From Selaginella moellendorffii (taxonomy: Eukaryota > Plantae > Lycopodiophyta), in contig NW_003314345.1 of NCBI RefSeq assembly GCF_000143415.4, positions 18,574 through 82,573 on the forward strand: a stretch of 64,000 bases of DNA, read 5' to 3'. Position numbers and translations under genes: made by a program. This document shows positions 12,348 through 24,887 of the stretch, piece by piece (the stretch's first letter is position 1; each line of letters starts with the position of its first letter). The notes under the pieces were generated by a model. The model had not been told where the DNA came from. It saw only the letters and a list, made by a program, of their open reading frames with translations, and did not search any database.

Positions 12348-14510
12348 TTAACCAGCCGCCGCAAGGATTCCCACGAACAAGACATCTTCTCCTCCGTCTA
12401 GCTCCTGCTCGTGTGGAACGAACTCTGGGACTTTGGACACCGGGAGGCCCCGGCATGCGCTCAGCAAGCTGGTCCGAGAATCGGGGCCGGGAATGAAAGG
12501 CATGGCGTCCATCAACTCGTGAGCGTCTTCCAAGTTGCCGGCTCGGCCCAGGAGATCCAAAACGCATGCATAGTGATCCAACCCCGGCTGGATCCCATAG
12601 TCGCCAACCATGGACACAAAATGGCTCCACCCGAGCTCCACGCTCCCGGCATGGCTGCAAGCCGACAGAATGCTGATGAAACTGATGGAATCTGGCGTGA
12701 AGCCGTTGAGCTCCATTCTCCAGAACGCGAGCCGAGCAAGGCTGCTGAATCCGTTCTGCGCGAGAGCCGCCACCATCGCAGTCCACGAAACAAGGTTCTT
12801 GCTGCTCATACCGTCGAAGGCAGCCACCGCCTCCCCGAGCGCTGCACACCTGCTGTACATGCTTACCAGTGCGGTCGCCACCTTTCCACCATCTTGCAGC
12901 GCCGGGTCGTCAGCAGCCACAATTTCGGCGTGGAGAATCCTCCCCTGTGCCAGATCCGAAGCCATGCCGCATGCCTCAAGCGCAGAGATGTAACTCACTG
13001 CGTCCGGCTTGCACCCATCCAGGTCCATGAGTGCCACGACGCTCGCGGCACTCTGGCACTTGCCACTGAGCAGGCGGGCCGATGCCAGCGCGCTCCACGA
13101 CGCCGAGTCCTTCTCGGGCATGCGCTCAAAGAGCTGCTCCGCTCTCTGCGTAACACCTCCACAGGCATATGCATGCAGCATCGCATTCCACGACGCCTGT
13201 GACGTGAATGGCATCCTTCGGAAGCACTCCTCGACGAGCTCAAGCACAGCAGCATCCTCAGTCACGGTGAATGCTGGCAGCATCGTGTTCCAGGACACGA
13301 CGTCGCGCTTGGCTGTGTCCGCCATCGCATCGAACAGCAGCTTGGCCTCTGCCACCCGTCCCGCACGAACGTAGCCCGCAACCATGGAGTTCCAAGATAC
13401 GGTGTTCCTGTGGAGCATCGCGTCAAACACCCGCCTCGCCTCTTCTACTTGTCCCTTCAGACCATAGGCACCGATGACGGAGTTTGTGGCGGCAAGGCTG
13501 AAGCAAGCCAGCTGCTGGAGCAACCGTGCAGCACTGCCGGTCTCCCCGGCCAACCCATACGCGTGCACCATTGAGTTCCAGCTCACAATGTCGTGCTGCG
13601 GCATCCGCTCAAACGCCGCCACAGCGCCCTCCAACGCCAGCGCTCTCACCATGATGTTCCACGTCACCACGTCCCGGGCGGGAATGCCGTGGTGGAACAT
13701 CTCGGTCGCCTCTCGCACGCGGCGGCCGCTGGTGAGAGCCGCCATCACCATGTTCCATGCCGCCACGTCCCACCATGGCATCCTCCGCAGCGCATCCAAC
13801 GCGTCGTCGGGATTTGAGCGTCGGGAGCAGGCACAGATGAGCGCATACCACGAGTACTTGTCCCGCTGCGGCATCCTCCCAAACATGGTTGCCGGTGACT
13901 CGCACCCGACGCCTTGAATCACCGAGTTCCAAGCCGCCAAGCTCCACTGCGGCATCCGGTGGAAGGCCGCTGCCGCTACGTCCGGCTGCGAGGCACGGCA
14001 AAACGCTTGCAGCAGCACATTCCACGTCACGCTGCTCCTCCCGGGCATCTGGTTGAAGGCGACCAAAGCATCAGAAAGGTGCCCCTCACGGGCACACGCG
14101 GTGATTACTTCGTTCCAGCAGATCACGTCCCAGCACGGAAACCTCCAGAACACCGCTTGCATCTCCTCCAGCCTACCGTCGCGGGCACAGGAGTGCAGCA
14201 TGCTCGTCCAGGAGATTAGCTCCCGGACAGGGAGCTTGTCGAACAGCTCCCCCACCTCGTCCCTGCTAGCTGTATGGGCGAATGCCGAGAGCATCGAGCT
14301 CCAAGAGAAACCATCCGTAGCAGGCATCTTGCCGAACACCTCGCGAGCCTCAGATGTTGCACCGTGTCGGGAGTACGCTCCCAGAATCGAGTTCCAAGAT
14401 ACCACGTCCCGATCGAACATTGCATCAAAGAGGCTCTTGGCATTTTCCAGATGCCCGTTTCTGGCAAATCCCGAAATAATACGATTACACGAGAGCGTGC
14501 TGGAGGGCAT
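12348..14510 (-). CDS. PLS-class pentatricopeptide repeat protein, truncated E domain, no DYW
   Basis: Intronless 720-aa ORF with repeated DVVSWN/WNxxL motifs ending FISILSACSHAG..DHYACVLDLLGRAG..MPFIP. Confidence 0.92.
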   Translation of the reverse strand: MPSSTLSCNRIISGFARNGHLENAKSLFDAMFDRDVVSWNSILGAYSRHGATSEAREVFGKMPATDGFSWSSMLSAFAHTASRDEVGELFDKLPVRELISWTSMLHSCARDGRLEEMQAVFWRFPCWDVICWNEVITACAREGHLSDALVAFNQMPGRSSVTWNVLLQAFCRASQPDVAAAAFHRMPQWSLAAWNSVIQGVGCESPATMFGRMPQRDKYSWYALICACSRRSNPDDALDALRRMPWWDVAAWNMVMAALTSGRRVREATEMFHHGIPARDVVTWNIMVRALALEGAVAAFERMPQHDIVSWNSMVHAYGLAGETGSAARLLQQLACFSLAATNSVIGAYGLKGQVEEARRVFDAMLHRNTVSWNSMVAGYVRAGRVAEAKLLFDAMADTAKRDVVSWNTMLPAFTVTEDAAVLELVEECFRRMPFTSQASWNAMLHAYACGGVTQRAEQLFERMPEKDSASWSALASARLLSGKCQSAASVVALMDLDGCKPDAVSYISALEACGMASDLAQGRILHAEIVAADDPALQDGGKVATALVSMYSRCAALGEAVAAFDGMSSKNLVSWTAMVAALAQNGFSSLARLAFWRMELNGFTPDSISFISILSACSHAGSVELGWSHFVSMVGDYGIQPGLDHYACVLDLLGRAGNLEDAHELMDAMPFIPGPDSRTSLLSACRGLPVSKVPEFVPHEQELDGGEDVLFVGILAAAG

Positions 14511-14621
14511 TAAGTAAGCATCGTAATTTTCTTAGGCCTGCCTGTAGAGGATCTCACCAACCTTTACATGCAACAAAATCAACTAGAGCTTTGTGTGCTA
14601 TGATAAGTACTCGTTTTGCTG

Positions 14622-15391
14622 CTATCCTGACGAAGCTTTCTTGAGCCGCGTAATCAGATCACTCTGCGTGGAAGCAGCAAGCCCATCACGTACGTATAAC
14701 AAACCCAAATCGTAGGATCGCTTACCTTCCTTCCCTTGACTGGCAGTCCTTTCTCTTTCAAAGCGGTCCTGAGCATCTCCACAGTGTAGCCTTCGTATGA
14801 AGCGCTGCCGGATGCTGTATCCACTGAATTGCACACCATCGAATCAGCTCAGGTAACAAGGAATGTATAGAGAAGAAAGACATGGATTCGAGAGATACGT
14901 ACCCTTCTTCTTCTTGCTCGACTTGCTACTCTCGGGCTTGTCAGCAGCAGCCCTGCACAAGACAAGAACTTGCCCGTCACAGGAGCGTCATTTCAATCGC
15001 AGCACAACCTTTTCTTCTTGGGGGCGTCGGCTTGCTTGGCCTTGTCCTGCGCCTCCTGCTCCTTGGGCTTCTTGAGCATCAAGGAGCGGATGAGAATGTT
15101 GGTCGAGTCCGTCTTGACAACCTGGACGCCTGGAAGAGGAGACAACGGGGTCAGCGAGGCGAGAAACCGAAACTGGACAACCTGGTCGAGGATCACTATC
15201 GCAGACATAGACACGAAGGCCACCCTGATCATACAAGAAACAAAGAACCCTCTTGGAAACAACAAGTTGCGAGAACAAAGCGCTACCAGGCTTGAGGATG
15301 GCACGACGGAGGTGAAGTTGCCCCTGCACGGGAGGCCCAGCAGCGATGGATTCCCTTGCGGAGAGGCTTCGGCGCTACATTCTCCCTCCAT
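14622..15391 (-). CDS. DDA1: DET1- and DDB1-associated protein 1 with C-terminal SAP domain (multi-exon)
   Basis: LLGLPCRGNFTS..GGLRVYVCDSDPRP..QVVKTDSTNILIRSLMLKK, plus SAP motif YTVEMLRTALKEKGLPVKGRK-SDLITRL. Confidence 0.88.
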
Positions 15392-15468
15392 AGCTTTCCC
15401 TCTCCTCGCCTAACCCTAGAATATAAGCCAGAGAGCCTTCATTCTGGAGCTGCCGCCGCCCCGCCGAG
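15392..15468. promoter_or_regulatory. Minimal divergent (bidirectional) promoter region
   Basis: 77 bp between opposite ATGs; contains telo-box-like AACCCTAG and TATAAG. Confidence 0.5.
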
Positions 15469-17006
15469 ATGGGCAAGGGCAAGGACAAGCGCGTGAATGA
15501 ATTCCAAGCCCACAGGCGCAAGCGCAAGAGTAAGGCTGCGATCGCAGGGGGCGGGGTGAAGAAAAAGAAGGTTAGCAAGAACAAGGACAAGCAGGAGGAG
15601 GAGGAGGTTGTGGTGCTTCCGAAGTGGCATAAGAGACGTAATTCTCTTCTTCCTTGTTTGTCTTTCCTTGTGCTAAGTTTCTCGGCTCTTGCTTGCAGCG
15701 GAGAGCTCGCGAGTCCCTGATTTGCAATTGCCAACCAGCTCCAAGGTGCGTTGCGATCGTTCCGAAGCCGCGAAGAAAAATGCCCATCCAAAGTTTTACA
15801 AAATGTCGAGCCCCGTGACCATCGACAGTGGCCATTCTGTTCTCAAGGGCATGGACATGCATTCCGAAGGTTTCATCTCCACCTGGTAAGATCCTTGTCT
15901 GTTTGTCAAAACATGACTTTGAGAATGCTCTCTCTCTCTCACAGGGCACAAGACGGAGGCATCAGGATCTGGAGGCTCAGAGGAACAAAGTACGTAAGAG
16001 AACTATCATCCATTCCATTGAGAGTTCTGAAAAATACCTCTTTTTTTGGCCTTCCAGTGGTGCCATGACAAGCATTTGCAGCGCTCACTTACATGAGTGT
16101 CCTCAGGATATGGAGTGGCACCCGGATGGCAACAGACTGTTTGCAGCGTTCAAGAGCACCGGTCGGGCTCAAGTTGGATACTATGATCTATCCGACGACG
16201 TAAGTGCTCTCGTTTGGCGTGCTGCTAATGCTTAACTTTCGCCTCGCCTAACAGAGATTCCGGCTCTTGCCAGGGGAGCCCCATTGCACGGGATTGCTTC
16301 GCAGCATCAAGTTCATGCCATGGCAGGCTTCTGGTGCTCCGTGTTTCGCAACGGGTGGCGACGACCACTCGGTTGTTCTTTGGAAGGAGTCGCAGGAGCA
16401 CTGGACCAGTCAGAAGCTTTACAACAGCCACAGCTCGTTTGTATACGGGGTAGCGGGTGCCGCGCACAAGTCCTTGATCGCTTCAGCCAGCGTGGACAAG
16501 CACCTCCGCATGGTGGATGTGGTCAGTGGCACCGACTACTTCTGTGGCAAGTTCGACAGCTCGTTGCTCAGCGTGGAGTTCAACCCCGTTGATCCCAACC
16601 TCCTGCTGCTCACGGGATGGTGAGCTGCTTTTTTTTTCTTTCTTTCTGCTCACTCCTGACAACAGACTTTTGCAGTGTCGAGAAGAAGCAGCTAATGCTC
16701 ATGGACTTGCGCTACCTTGATCCAGAATCGCTGGTCCATAGCTTTGGCTGGGAAATAGGCGAAAACCATCCCCGGGTAACCAGGCAGTTCCAGCAGTGCT
16801 GGTCTCCAGATGGATGGTACGTCTCGACGGGGAGCTGCGAGGACGGTTATGACATCTTCGACATCCGGTACAACAACTACTTGTCGACTCACTCGGTTCA
16901 CGGTACCAAGTCAGGCGTGGTGAAGACCCAGTGGCACCCGGTAGTGAACGATCTGCTCATATCGGCTATAAGGGGGGGAAGGATCTGGCTGCAGCAGATC
17001 ATATAA
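15469..17006 (+). CDS. WD40-repeat protein with basic N-terminus (candidate DWD/DCAF)
   Basis: FATGGDDHSVVLW; IASASVDKHL; WSPDGWYVSTGS; DxR motifs LMDLR and IFDIR; short introns. Confidence 0.82.
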
Positions 17007-17095
17007 ACCCCCCAACTTGTTACGAGTATAAGATTACAGACAGGGAAGCAACTCTTTGTCCAGGTAAGAGATTCCTTTTGTGTGTTTCAGGTGGA

Positions 17096-18170
<1,075 letters not shown>

Positions 18171-18317
18171 TTATAATTCGGTTCGTGGGTTGAAGTTTCA
18201 ACCACTCACTCCTTGTTGACAGCAACCATCACTAAGTCTGAGTGGATTTTTATAGAAAGAAGACAGCTTTCCTGATCTTTGGGCTTAGCCTAGGGCGAAA
18301 GCGGCAGCTCCACCCAA

Positions 18318-18779
18318 ATGCGCAGGTTTGTGATTGGATTCCTTCTTCTCTCGATCGTTCGCTCCATTCTTTTGCTCAGGGTGCCAAGATCCGGCATGAA
18401 GCGAAAGCAGCTAGTGCGGCCGGATCGCAGGGTGAAGGATCGAGCTATGCATGCAACGAGGACTGTTCTATACAAGAAAAAGACGACGGTGGTGACAAAG
18501 ACGGTCACCACGACGACATTCACGGGAAAGAAGGCCAAAGGTGACACTGATCCAGAGCCGGTACATGAACCTTCGTCGGATGAAGAGTCATCCGATTCAA
18601 CCAGCTCTTCCTCCTCCGAGGAAGAGGACGAGGAGGAAGACGAGGAGGAGGAGAAGCCGTCGGGTGCCCTTTGCAAATGCATTGGTGGTGACAATACTAC
18701 AAGCAACATTGAAGACGAGGAATCTGAAACCTCAGAGGAGGAAGATAATGGCAGCGGTGGAGCAGTGTGCTCGGAATGA
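18318..18779 (+). CDS. Hypothetical small basic/acidic low-complexity protein
   Basis: 153-codon ORF with probable in-frame 54-nt GT-AG intron (18326-18379); K/T-rich then E/S/D-rich; no recognised domain. Confidence 0.45.
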   Translation: MRRFVIGFLLLSIVRSILLLRVPRSGMKRKQLVRPDRRVKDRAMHATRTVLYKKKTTVVTKTVTTTTFTGKKAKGDTDPEPVHEPSSDEESSDSTSSSSSEEEDEEEDEEEEKPSGALCKCIGGDNTTSNIEDEESETSEEEDNGSGGAVCSE

Positions 18780-18836
18780 AACATTTCTCTCAAAACTGCT
18801 CTAGCTAGACATCTCTAAATAAAAGTGGCCGTGAAC

Positions 18837-21080
18837 ATGGCCGCGGCAACGACGCCACCACCCTTGGTTTCTTTCTTCCACCAGAGGGAGGAGTATGTAA
18901 GATTGTTGCTGGGCCGAGACAAGCAGCCAGCGCTGCCTCAACTCAGGGCTCTTCATGCAAGGATTGTCAAAAGTGGGCATGATAGTGAGACGTTTCTTAG
19001 AAATTTGCTGCTGGAAATGTATGGGCGGTGTGGCAGCCTGGGAGATGCACGTCGTGTTTTCGATGCAACTGATCACAAGAATCTTTTCACCTGGAACACG
19101 ATGATGGTTGCTCTCGTACGCAACTCCCAGCATTGTGATGCCGCATCTCTTCTTCACGTCATGGACCTCGAAGGCATCACCCCCGGCAGTCTCATCTTGG
19201 CCACCCTTCTATCTTCCTGCTCCATGTCGCGCAACCTGAAACTGGGCAATTGGATTGCTGTGCGAGCGGCTGCTACCGGCTGGTCTTCCAACCTTTTGGT
19301 CAGTTGCGCAGCGATTACCATGTACAGCAGCTGCGGTCGCCTCCACGAAGCCTGCCTGGTTTTTGAGACTGTCCAAGGCAGATGCTCTGCGTCCTGGAAT
19401 TCCATGATTGTCGCATATACCCAGCATGGGCATTTGCACACGGCATTGCAGCTGTTGGAGGCAAACAGGTGTGACAAGCTTCCACCTTCACATGTACTGG
19501 TGGCTCTTCTCGGCGCTTGCTCTAAGACAGCGACAGAGGAATCGCTGCAAGTTGGCCGGAGGCTGCACTCTATCATAATCCACGGCACAAGTCCCAGTAG
19601 CGAGAACGATGCCATCGTCTACAATTCCCTGGTGGACATGTATGCCAAGTGTGGCAGTGTGGAGGAAGCCAAGGTGGTCTTTGAGAGGATGACATATCGA
19701 AGCCAAGTGTCCTGGAACGCCATGGCCTGTGCTTATGCCCAGCACGGACACAAGACAGAAGCAATGCGGGTGTTTTGGGCAATGGATCTGGAGGGCGTCA
19801 AAGCGGATGCTTTCGTGTTCCCCAGTATCCTCTCTTGCTGCCGGACACTGTGCGAGTTCAAAGCCCTGCACGCCAGGATTATCGCCTGCGGCCATGACTC
19901 CGATGTCGTGGTGCGGAATGCCCTCGTCCGTCTGTATAGTGAATTTGACAGCATTGACGATGCCCAGAACATTTTCGACAGTCCCGCATTTAGGATGACG
20001 AGCAACGTTGTGTCTTGGAGCTCCATGATTGCTGCATACGCTCGGTGTAAGCATGCGCGTCAAGCTGTGGCATGCATGAGGAGGATGGATCTGGAAGGCA
20101 TCACACCCAATTCTATCACATTCCTGTGTCTTGCGGAGGCTCTGCGTCAGCTAGGTGATTTTGGCTTGGTGAAACTGTTTCATGTAAGAGCAGCAGCCAG
20201 CGGTTGCATGACGAGCATGGTGGAGACGGCACTCATCCAAATGTATGCCAGTTGCGGAAGGATTGACCGCGCACAACACTTGTTCTGGCGGATGACTCGC
20301 AAGAGTCTGACAAGCTGGTCTGTTATCATCTTCGAGCTCGTGCAGGCGGGTCTTAATGCAGAAGCACTCGATGTCTTCTACAAAATGGCATCGTCCCGGG
20401 AGCCAGACATCGTCTGCCTGGTAAACGCTCTTGGTGCCTGCTGCGGCTCGTCGGCACTGGCAGACGGTAAAAGGATCCACAGACTCATCTCTGACCGGGG
20501 ATTCGAATGCGCTGCCTCGGCTTGTGTAGCACTGATTAACATGTATTCCAAGTGTGGCGGCTTGAGCAATGCTGCCACTGTTTTCACGGCTTGGCTTTGG
20601 CATTCTAGTGGTTGCGATAACGTAGCCTGCTGGACAGCAATGATAGCAGCGTATGCCCAACACGGGCGAACCGGTCTGGCTGTGGAATTGTTCAGAGAGA
20701 TGAACCTCGCGGGCGTTCGGGGAAATCAGATTACCTTTACTTGTTTGCTACATGCGTGCAGCCAGTGTGGACTTCTGGAACAGGGTAGGCTCCAGTTTAT
20801 TTCTATTCTGGCAGAGCATGGGATGGTGCCTACACGGGATCATTATTCGTGCATGGCTGACCACCTTGCTAGAGCGGGAAAGATTGAGGAGGCTCAAGAT
20901 TTGATCCAAACGATGCCATTTCAGCCCGATGCAGCTGCATGGAGTAGCCTACTAGGAGCATGTAAATCAAGCGGAGATGTCAATAGAGCGGAAGTTGTGG
21001 CCTCAAAGAGCATGGTGGAACCCGGAACCTATGTGCTATTGTCTGACACATTTGTATTGTCCTCTAAAGAGGCTCTTTAA
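18837..21080 (+). CDS. PLS-class pentatricopeptide repeat protein, E-type, no DYW
   Basis: Intronless ORF with LVDMYAKCGSVEEA, SWNAM, MDLEG motifs; ends WSSLLGAC..PGTYVLLS. Confidence 0.93.
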   Translation: MAAATTPPPLVSFFHQREEYVRLLLGRDKQPALPQLRALHARIVKSGHDSETFLRNLLLEMYGRCGSLGDARRVFDATDHKNLFTWNTMMVALVRNSQHCDAASLLHVMDLEGITPGSLILATLLSSCSMSRNLKLGNWIAVRAAATGWSSNLLVSCAAITMYSSCGRLHEACLVFETVQGRCSASWNSMIVAYTQHGHLHTALQLLEANRCDKLPPSHVLVALLGACSKTATEESLQVGRRLHSIIIHGTSPSSENDAIVYNSLVDMYAKCGSVEEAKVVFERMTYRSQVSWNAMACAYAQHGHKTEAMRVFWAMDLEGVKADAFVFPSILSCCRTLCEFKALHARIIACGHDSDVVVRNALVRLYSEFDSIDDAQNIFDSPAFRMTSNVVSWSSMIAAYARCKHARQAVACMRRMDLEGITPNSITFLCLAEALRQLGDFGLVKLFHVRAAASGCMTSMVETALIQMYASCGRIDRAQHLFWRMTRKSLTSWSVIIFELVQAGLNAEALDVFYKMASSREPDIVCLVNALGACCGSSALADGKRIHRLISDRGFECAASACVALINMYSKCGGLSNAATVFTAWLWHSSGCDNVACWTAMIAAYAQHGRTGLAVELFREMNLAGVRGNQITFTCLLHACSQCGLLEQGRLQFISILAEHGMVPTRDHYSCMADHLARAGKIEEAQDLIQTMPFQPDAAAWSSLLGACKSSGDVNRAEVVASKSMVEPGTYVLLSDTFVLSSKEAL

Positions 21081-21245
21081 GAAAGCAACTTTTCTAAGAG
21101 AAAGTTTTCTTATGTGGTCGATCTTACATAAAACTTGCCATACATAAAAGAACTAATCGTTCAAGCAAGTAGCTACAGATCGTGGAGGACACTGCAAAAA
21201 ATCCCGGATAGATTTTGGGTACACGCAAAGGGTATGGAGAGGTTT

Positions 21246-23353
21246 TTATTTCGGGATTGGTATTCTTACGAGCTGAATTGGAGCAACTAAATGAGTATGC
21301 TCCTGTACCACATACAAGAGTTGAATAAAAGAAGAAGAAATAAAGTCAGAACATCGTACCTGGGTGCCAACCATTAGGCAGCCATCTGAAGGATGTGCTG
21401 CGACACTATAAACACCGTCTGCCATTTCAATCACAACTGGAGCGCAGCCATTGTTTCTCGAGCTAAAAGAGAGGTCAGGCGTTCGTCTAGCCACAAGGTC
21501 ACACAGTTACCTGACGTGATGGCGCGATCCCGGACCAGAAAATTCGAGAAAACGAAGGTCCCCACTAGCTACAGCGACTACCTGTCAGCAAGAAACGCAT
21601 TAGCTGCAGTGTCAATCCAAGCAGCATTCACCGGAAGGCTCAAAAGCCAGGTGAGTTTTGTCATGCTCAGCCAGCTCGGACTTCCCAGTTCCCTGACAAA
21701 CCCAAACCATATTGTCAATGCCAATCAAAACGATCAACTTATATACCAGAGCGATGGAGGGCAATGAATGTGTGTTATCTCTTGAAAGTTGAGCATGTTG
21801 ATTACACCGGACCTTCATCACACACAAACCACGTCCAGTGAGCCTCAAACATTTGCAAAACACTGAGATGTTGAAACTACCAGCCTTTGTTGAGGCCGAA
21901 AGCAAGCTGATCACCTGACGAGTTTAGACGCACACATGTAACACTCAAATCTCCAGTGTACGTTTGAGACTGAAACAGCAAAATGATGACAAGCATAAGA
22001 AGAAGAAGAAGTAAGAAGTCTACCCGGAGATCTGGTATCTCTTGCAAGGCTGTAGACATGGAGATAACGCCCAAGGGATGTTGATCCACCTGCGCCTCAA
22101 CCACTGTCAGCCTAGACTTCCATGATTTCTACAAACAAGCTATTAAGATAAACTTACGTTGTTGGGCGAGGAAAAGGCAGAACAAGAAGAAGCCTTTCCG
22201 CCACGGATGTCCCATGCGAAAATGTGACCACTGCTGCTTCCAGCCAAAAGAACCTACAGCGAAATGGATGATGTGATTTGGAGACTCGATTGATTGCAAC
22301 CTGTTCGTCTGATGTGATGTCCAGAGACAGCATCGTTCCAGCAAAGGAAGGTGCCCGTAAAGTCGCAGTAGAAAGATTTCCTGCTCGCCTATCCCACACA
22401 TACACGCCTCCACTTGCACAAGCAAATATCCTGGAACAAACCAGTCAAAAGCTTGGGTAGCTTTCAGAAACTCACTTCCAGCTTTTGCATTGCACGTCGT
22501 AGAGGCCGCGATGGGTTTCCGTCCCCGGCTTTGTTCTAAAGACTTGCATTTTTTCGAGCGACTCGGGCTGCCTGTGTCGGACGTCGAAGATGATGACGGA
22601 ACCGACTGACTCGGCTACGCATGCCACCTGCAAGATTTTGGTGATCACATAAAGCTTGGAAACAAAATCACCTGCAGCTGGTCCAGGGGGTTCCATCTCA
22701 CGGCTTGAAGCTTTCCACAGAGGGAATAAGCAGCCACAGGAGGCATTCTCTTGCCTGCGTAGTTTCATGGTAATTGCAGTGAGACGAGACGAGACGAGTT
22801 TACCAGACAGAATGGAATCGTAAGCATGGATGTTCATATACCCCATGGACGTGGTGAAAGCCACGAGATTACCCTGGACGAAGATCCTCAACAGGGCAGA
22901 ACCAAGGGCCGAGAAAACAAAGCACGTACCTCAGTGTTAAACTCGATGTCGGACACGTAACTCTGCCTGGAGAAGGTAGGAAAGACGACATGAATCCTGA
23001 AAGCAAGCAAAGGCACACCTTGACATGGACGGAGGCAAATAGTTATCCTGTTCGAGACATTCAACCTGCGAAGCAAGACGAACAAAACGTGAAGGAGAAC
23101 ACCAGGTTGTTTATCGATGCCATACGAGAGCATACGACTTCATCACGTTGGTGGTGCAGAGGTGATGGAGGCGCTTGTGCATCCTGCCCGTCTGCTCATA
23201 TTCCAAGACCACATTTTGCTCCTGCTGCTGCTGCCGCCGCTCACACCTACAGGTCACTGGATCAGCATCCGTCTTCACTGCAAACCATCACCTGCTGCTC
23301 TCCTTGCTGCCATCGCTGATGGGCTTGGCCGCACTCTGGAGAAACCTCTCCAT
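21246..23353 (-). CDS. Plant WD40-repeat protein (At5g12920-like; many short exons)
   Basis: MERFLQ start; VSDIEFNTE-GNLVAFTTSMG; IIFDVR; VWDRR; FSWDIRGG; VAAHPSDG. Confidence 0.72.
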
Positions 23354-23428
23354 TCTTTGTTTGAAGCCCTACCTAGCCTAGGCGAGCGAGGCCAGAAGGA
23401 AGGAATGAATAAAAAAGAATGTTGGTTG

Positions 23429-24336
23429 TCAAGACAAGCGCGCGACTCCATCCCGGATGGCTTGCCGGAACACCTTGCCGTGCAGGAAGAACGAGGACAC
23501 ATGACCGCCAGTGACCCATCGGACCTCGGAGCCGGGCCACGCACGCTGCAGCTCCAGCATCGAGTTGCCTGGGATGTAGCCATCGTTCTACACAGCCGGG
23601 CACAGTCAAGCTTTCGTTTCCAAGGCAAAGAAAATGAGACTCACCGTGGCACCCACAAAGATGACGGCTCTGGGGTTCTTGGGGATTGGAAAGCGGGTCA
23701 CGTCCGTGAGGGAGAGCACCGCTCGCATGCGCTCCCGGACTTGGTCCAGCGTCATGCTGCATGCCTCGTCCCGCATCAGCACGTCCCACGCCGTTCCATA
23801 CTTCATGATCCCCTCGCAGAAGGCCACCGCGGCCGAGTGGGGTGAAAGCAGTGGCAAGACTGCAAGCGGCGTTGGATGAAGCGATCCAACCATGGCTGCA
23901 TGCACTCCTCCTGCACAGAGATACCGGATGCGTTTCGAAGGAGAAGAAGCGACGAACTACGTACCCATGCTTAGGCCGCAAACGCCCAGCTTGGAGAAGC
24001 CTGCTTGCTTGTCCAGCCAGTAGAGCAGCGTCCGTGCCTCCTCGATCGTTGCTCGGCCGAGAACAAGCAGGTCGCTGACGCACAGGAGCTTGGCCCCGCG
24101 CTGGAGCCTGGGCCGCCGATTGCCGTAGAAGGGGCTGTGATGATCATAAATGTGTATGAGCGGCGGGCATGGTTGTAGCTAAACAGACCTCTCGAGCACC
24201 AGCGTGGCGATGTTATCCTTGAGCAATGGTCCTCCCAGCCGCAAGCGCCTCTCGAAACCATGATCTCCAGTGCCTGCCTCGCTCACATTGATTGATCTAT
24301 GAAAATCACCAGCCTAAGAGAGGGAGAGAGAGAGCG

Positions 24337-24374
<38 letters not shown>

Positions 24375-24807
24375 ATCTAGAGCGCCCGCGCGAGAGAGAG
24401 GAGAGGCAAGAGATCTAACCTGCGAGGTGCACGACGCATGCCATCTTGTGAGCCGGAACGCTGCGGGGCATGAGCAGCCGGACGCGCGCAATGTGGCTCT
24501 CAGGCGGCAAGCATTCCCTGACGAGCGGATCGCAGGGCGTGGGAAAGATCCCCTCTTGAAGCTTGGCCGCCTTGGATTCCCACACGGTCCGCCACACCGG
24601 ATCGATGGGTGGCGGCGGCCAGCACTTAACCGAGAAATTGGCGAGGCCCTGCGATATGAGCTGCCGCGTGAGCTGTTCCAGGAGCACTAACCTGGCGCCA
24701 CCCCAGCCATTGGAGAAGAAGGGTGGCGAGAGCCTGAGCCTGTACATGAGAGCGCCATAGACGTGATCCAGCCAGTAGTGCGCCACCCGCAGATTCGAAA
24801 CCACCAT
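23429..24807 (-). CDS. ABHD18/DUF2048 alpha/beta-hydrolase
   Basis: MVVSNLRVAHYWLDHVYGALMYRLRLSPPFFSNGWGG; nucleophile elbow GLSMGGVHA; GGHVSSFLLH. Confidence 0.9.
24318..24402. repeat. Intronic compound microsatellite (AG)n(CG)9(AG)n
   Basis: Directly visible; (CG)9 at 24335-24352, in intron 1 of the ABHD18-like gene. Confidence 0.95.
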
Positions 24808-24887
24808 GGCTGGCTGCCCTCCCTCTTCTTCTTGCTCCTTTATTTGCCCTAAAATAATAGCGCCAGCGTGGCCAACAGCCAAGTTCC

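Noticed and set aside
12411-14517. Long antisense/alternate-frame ORFs over GC-rich genes (PPRs, F-box, RAPTOR, DPP)
   Set aside because: Expected shadows of GC-rich coding sequence; no motifs
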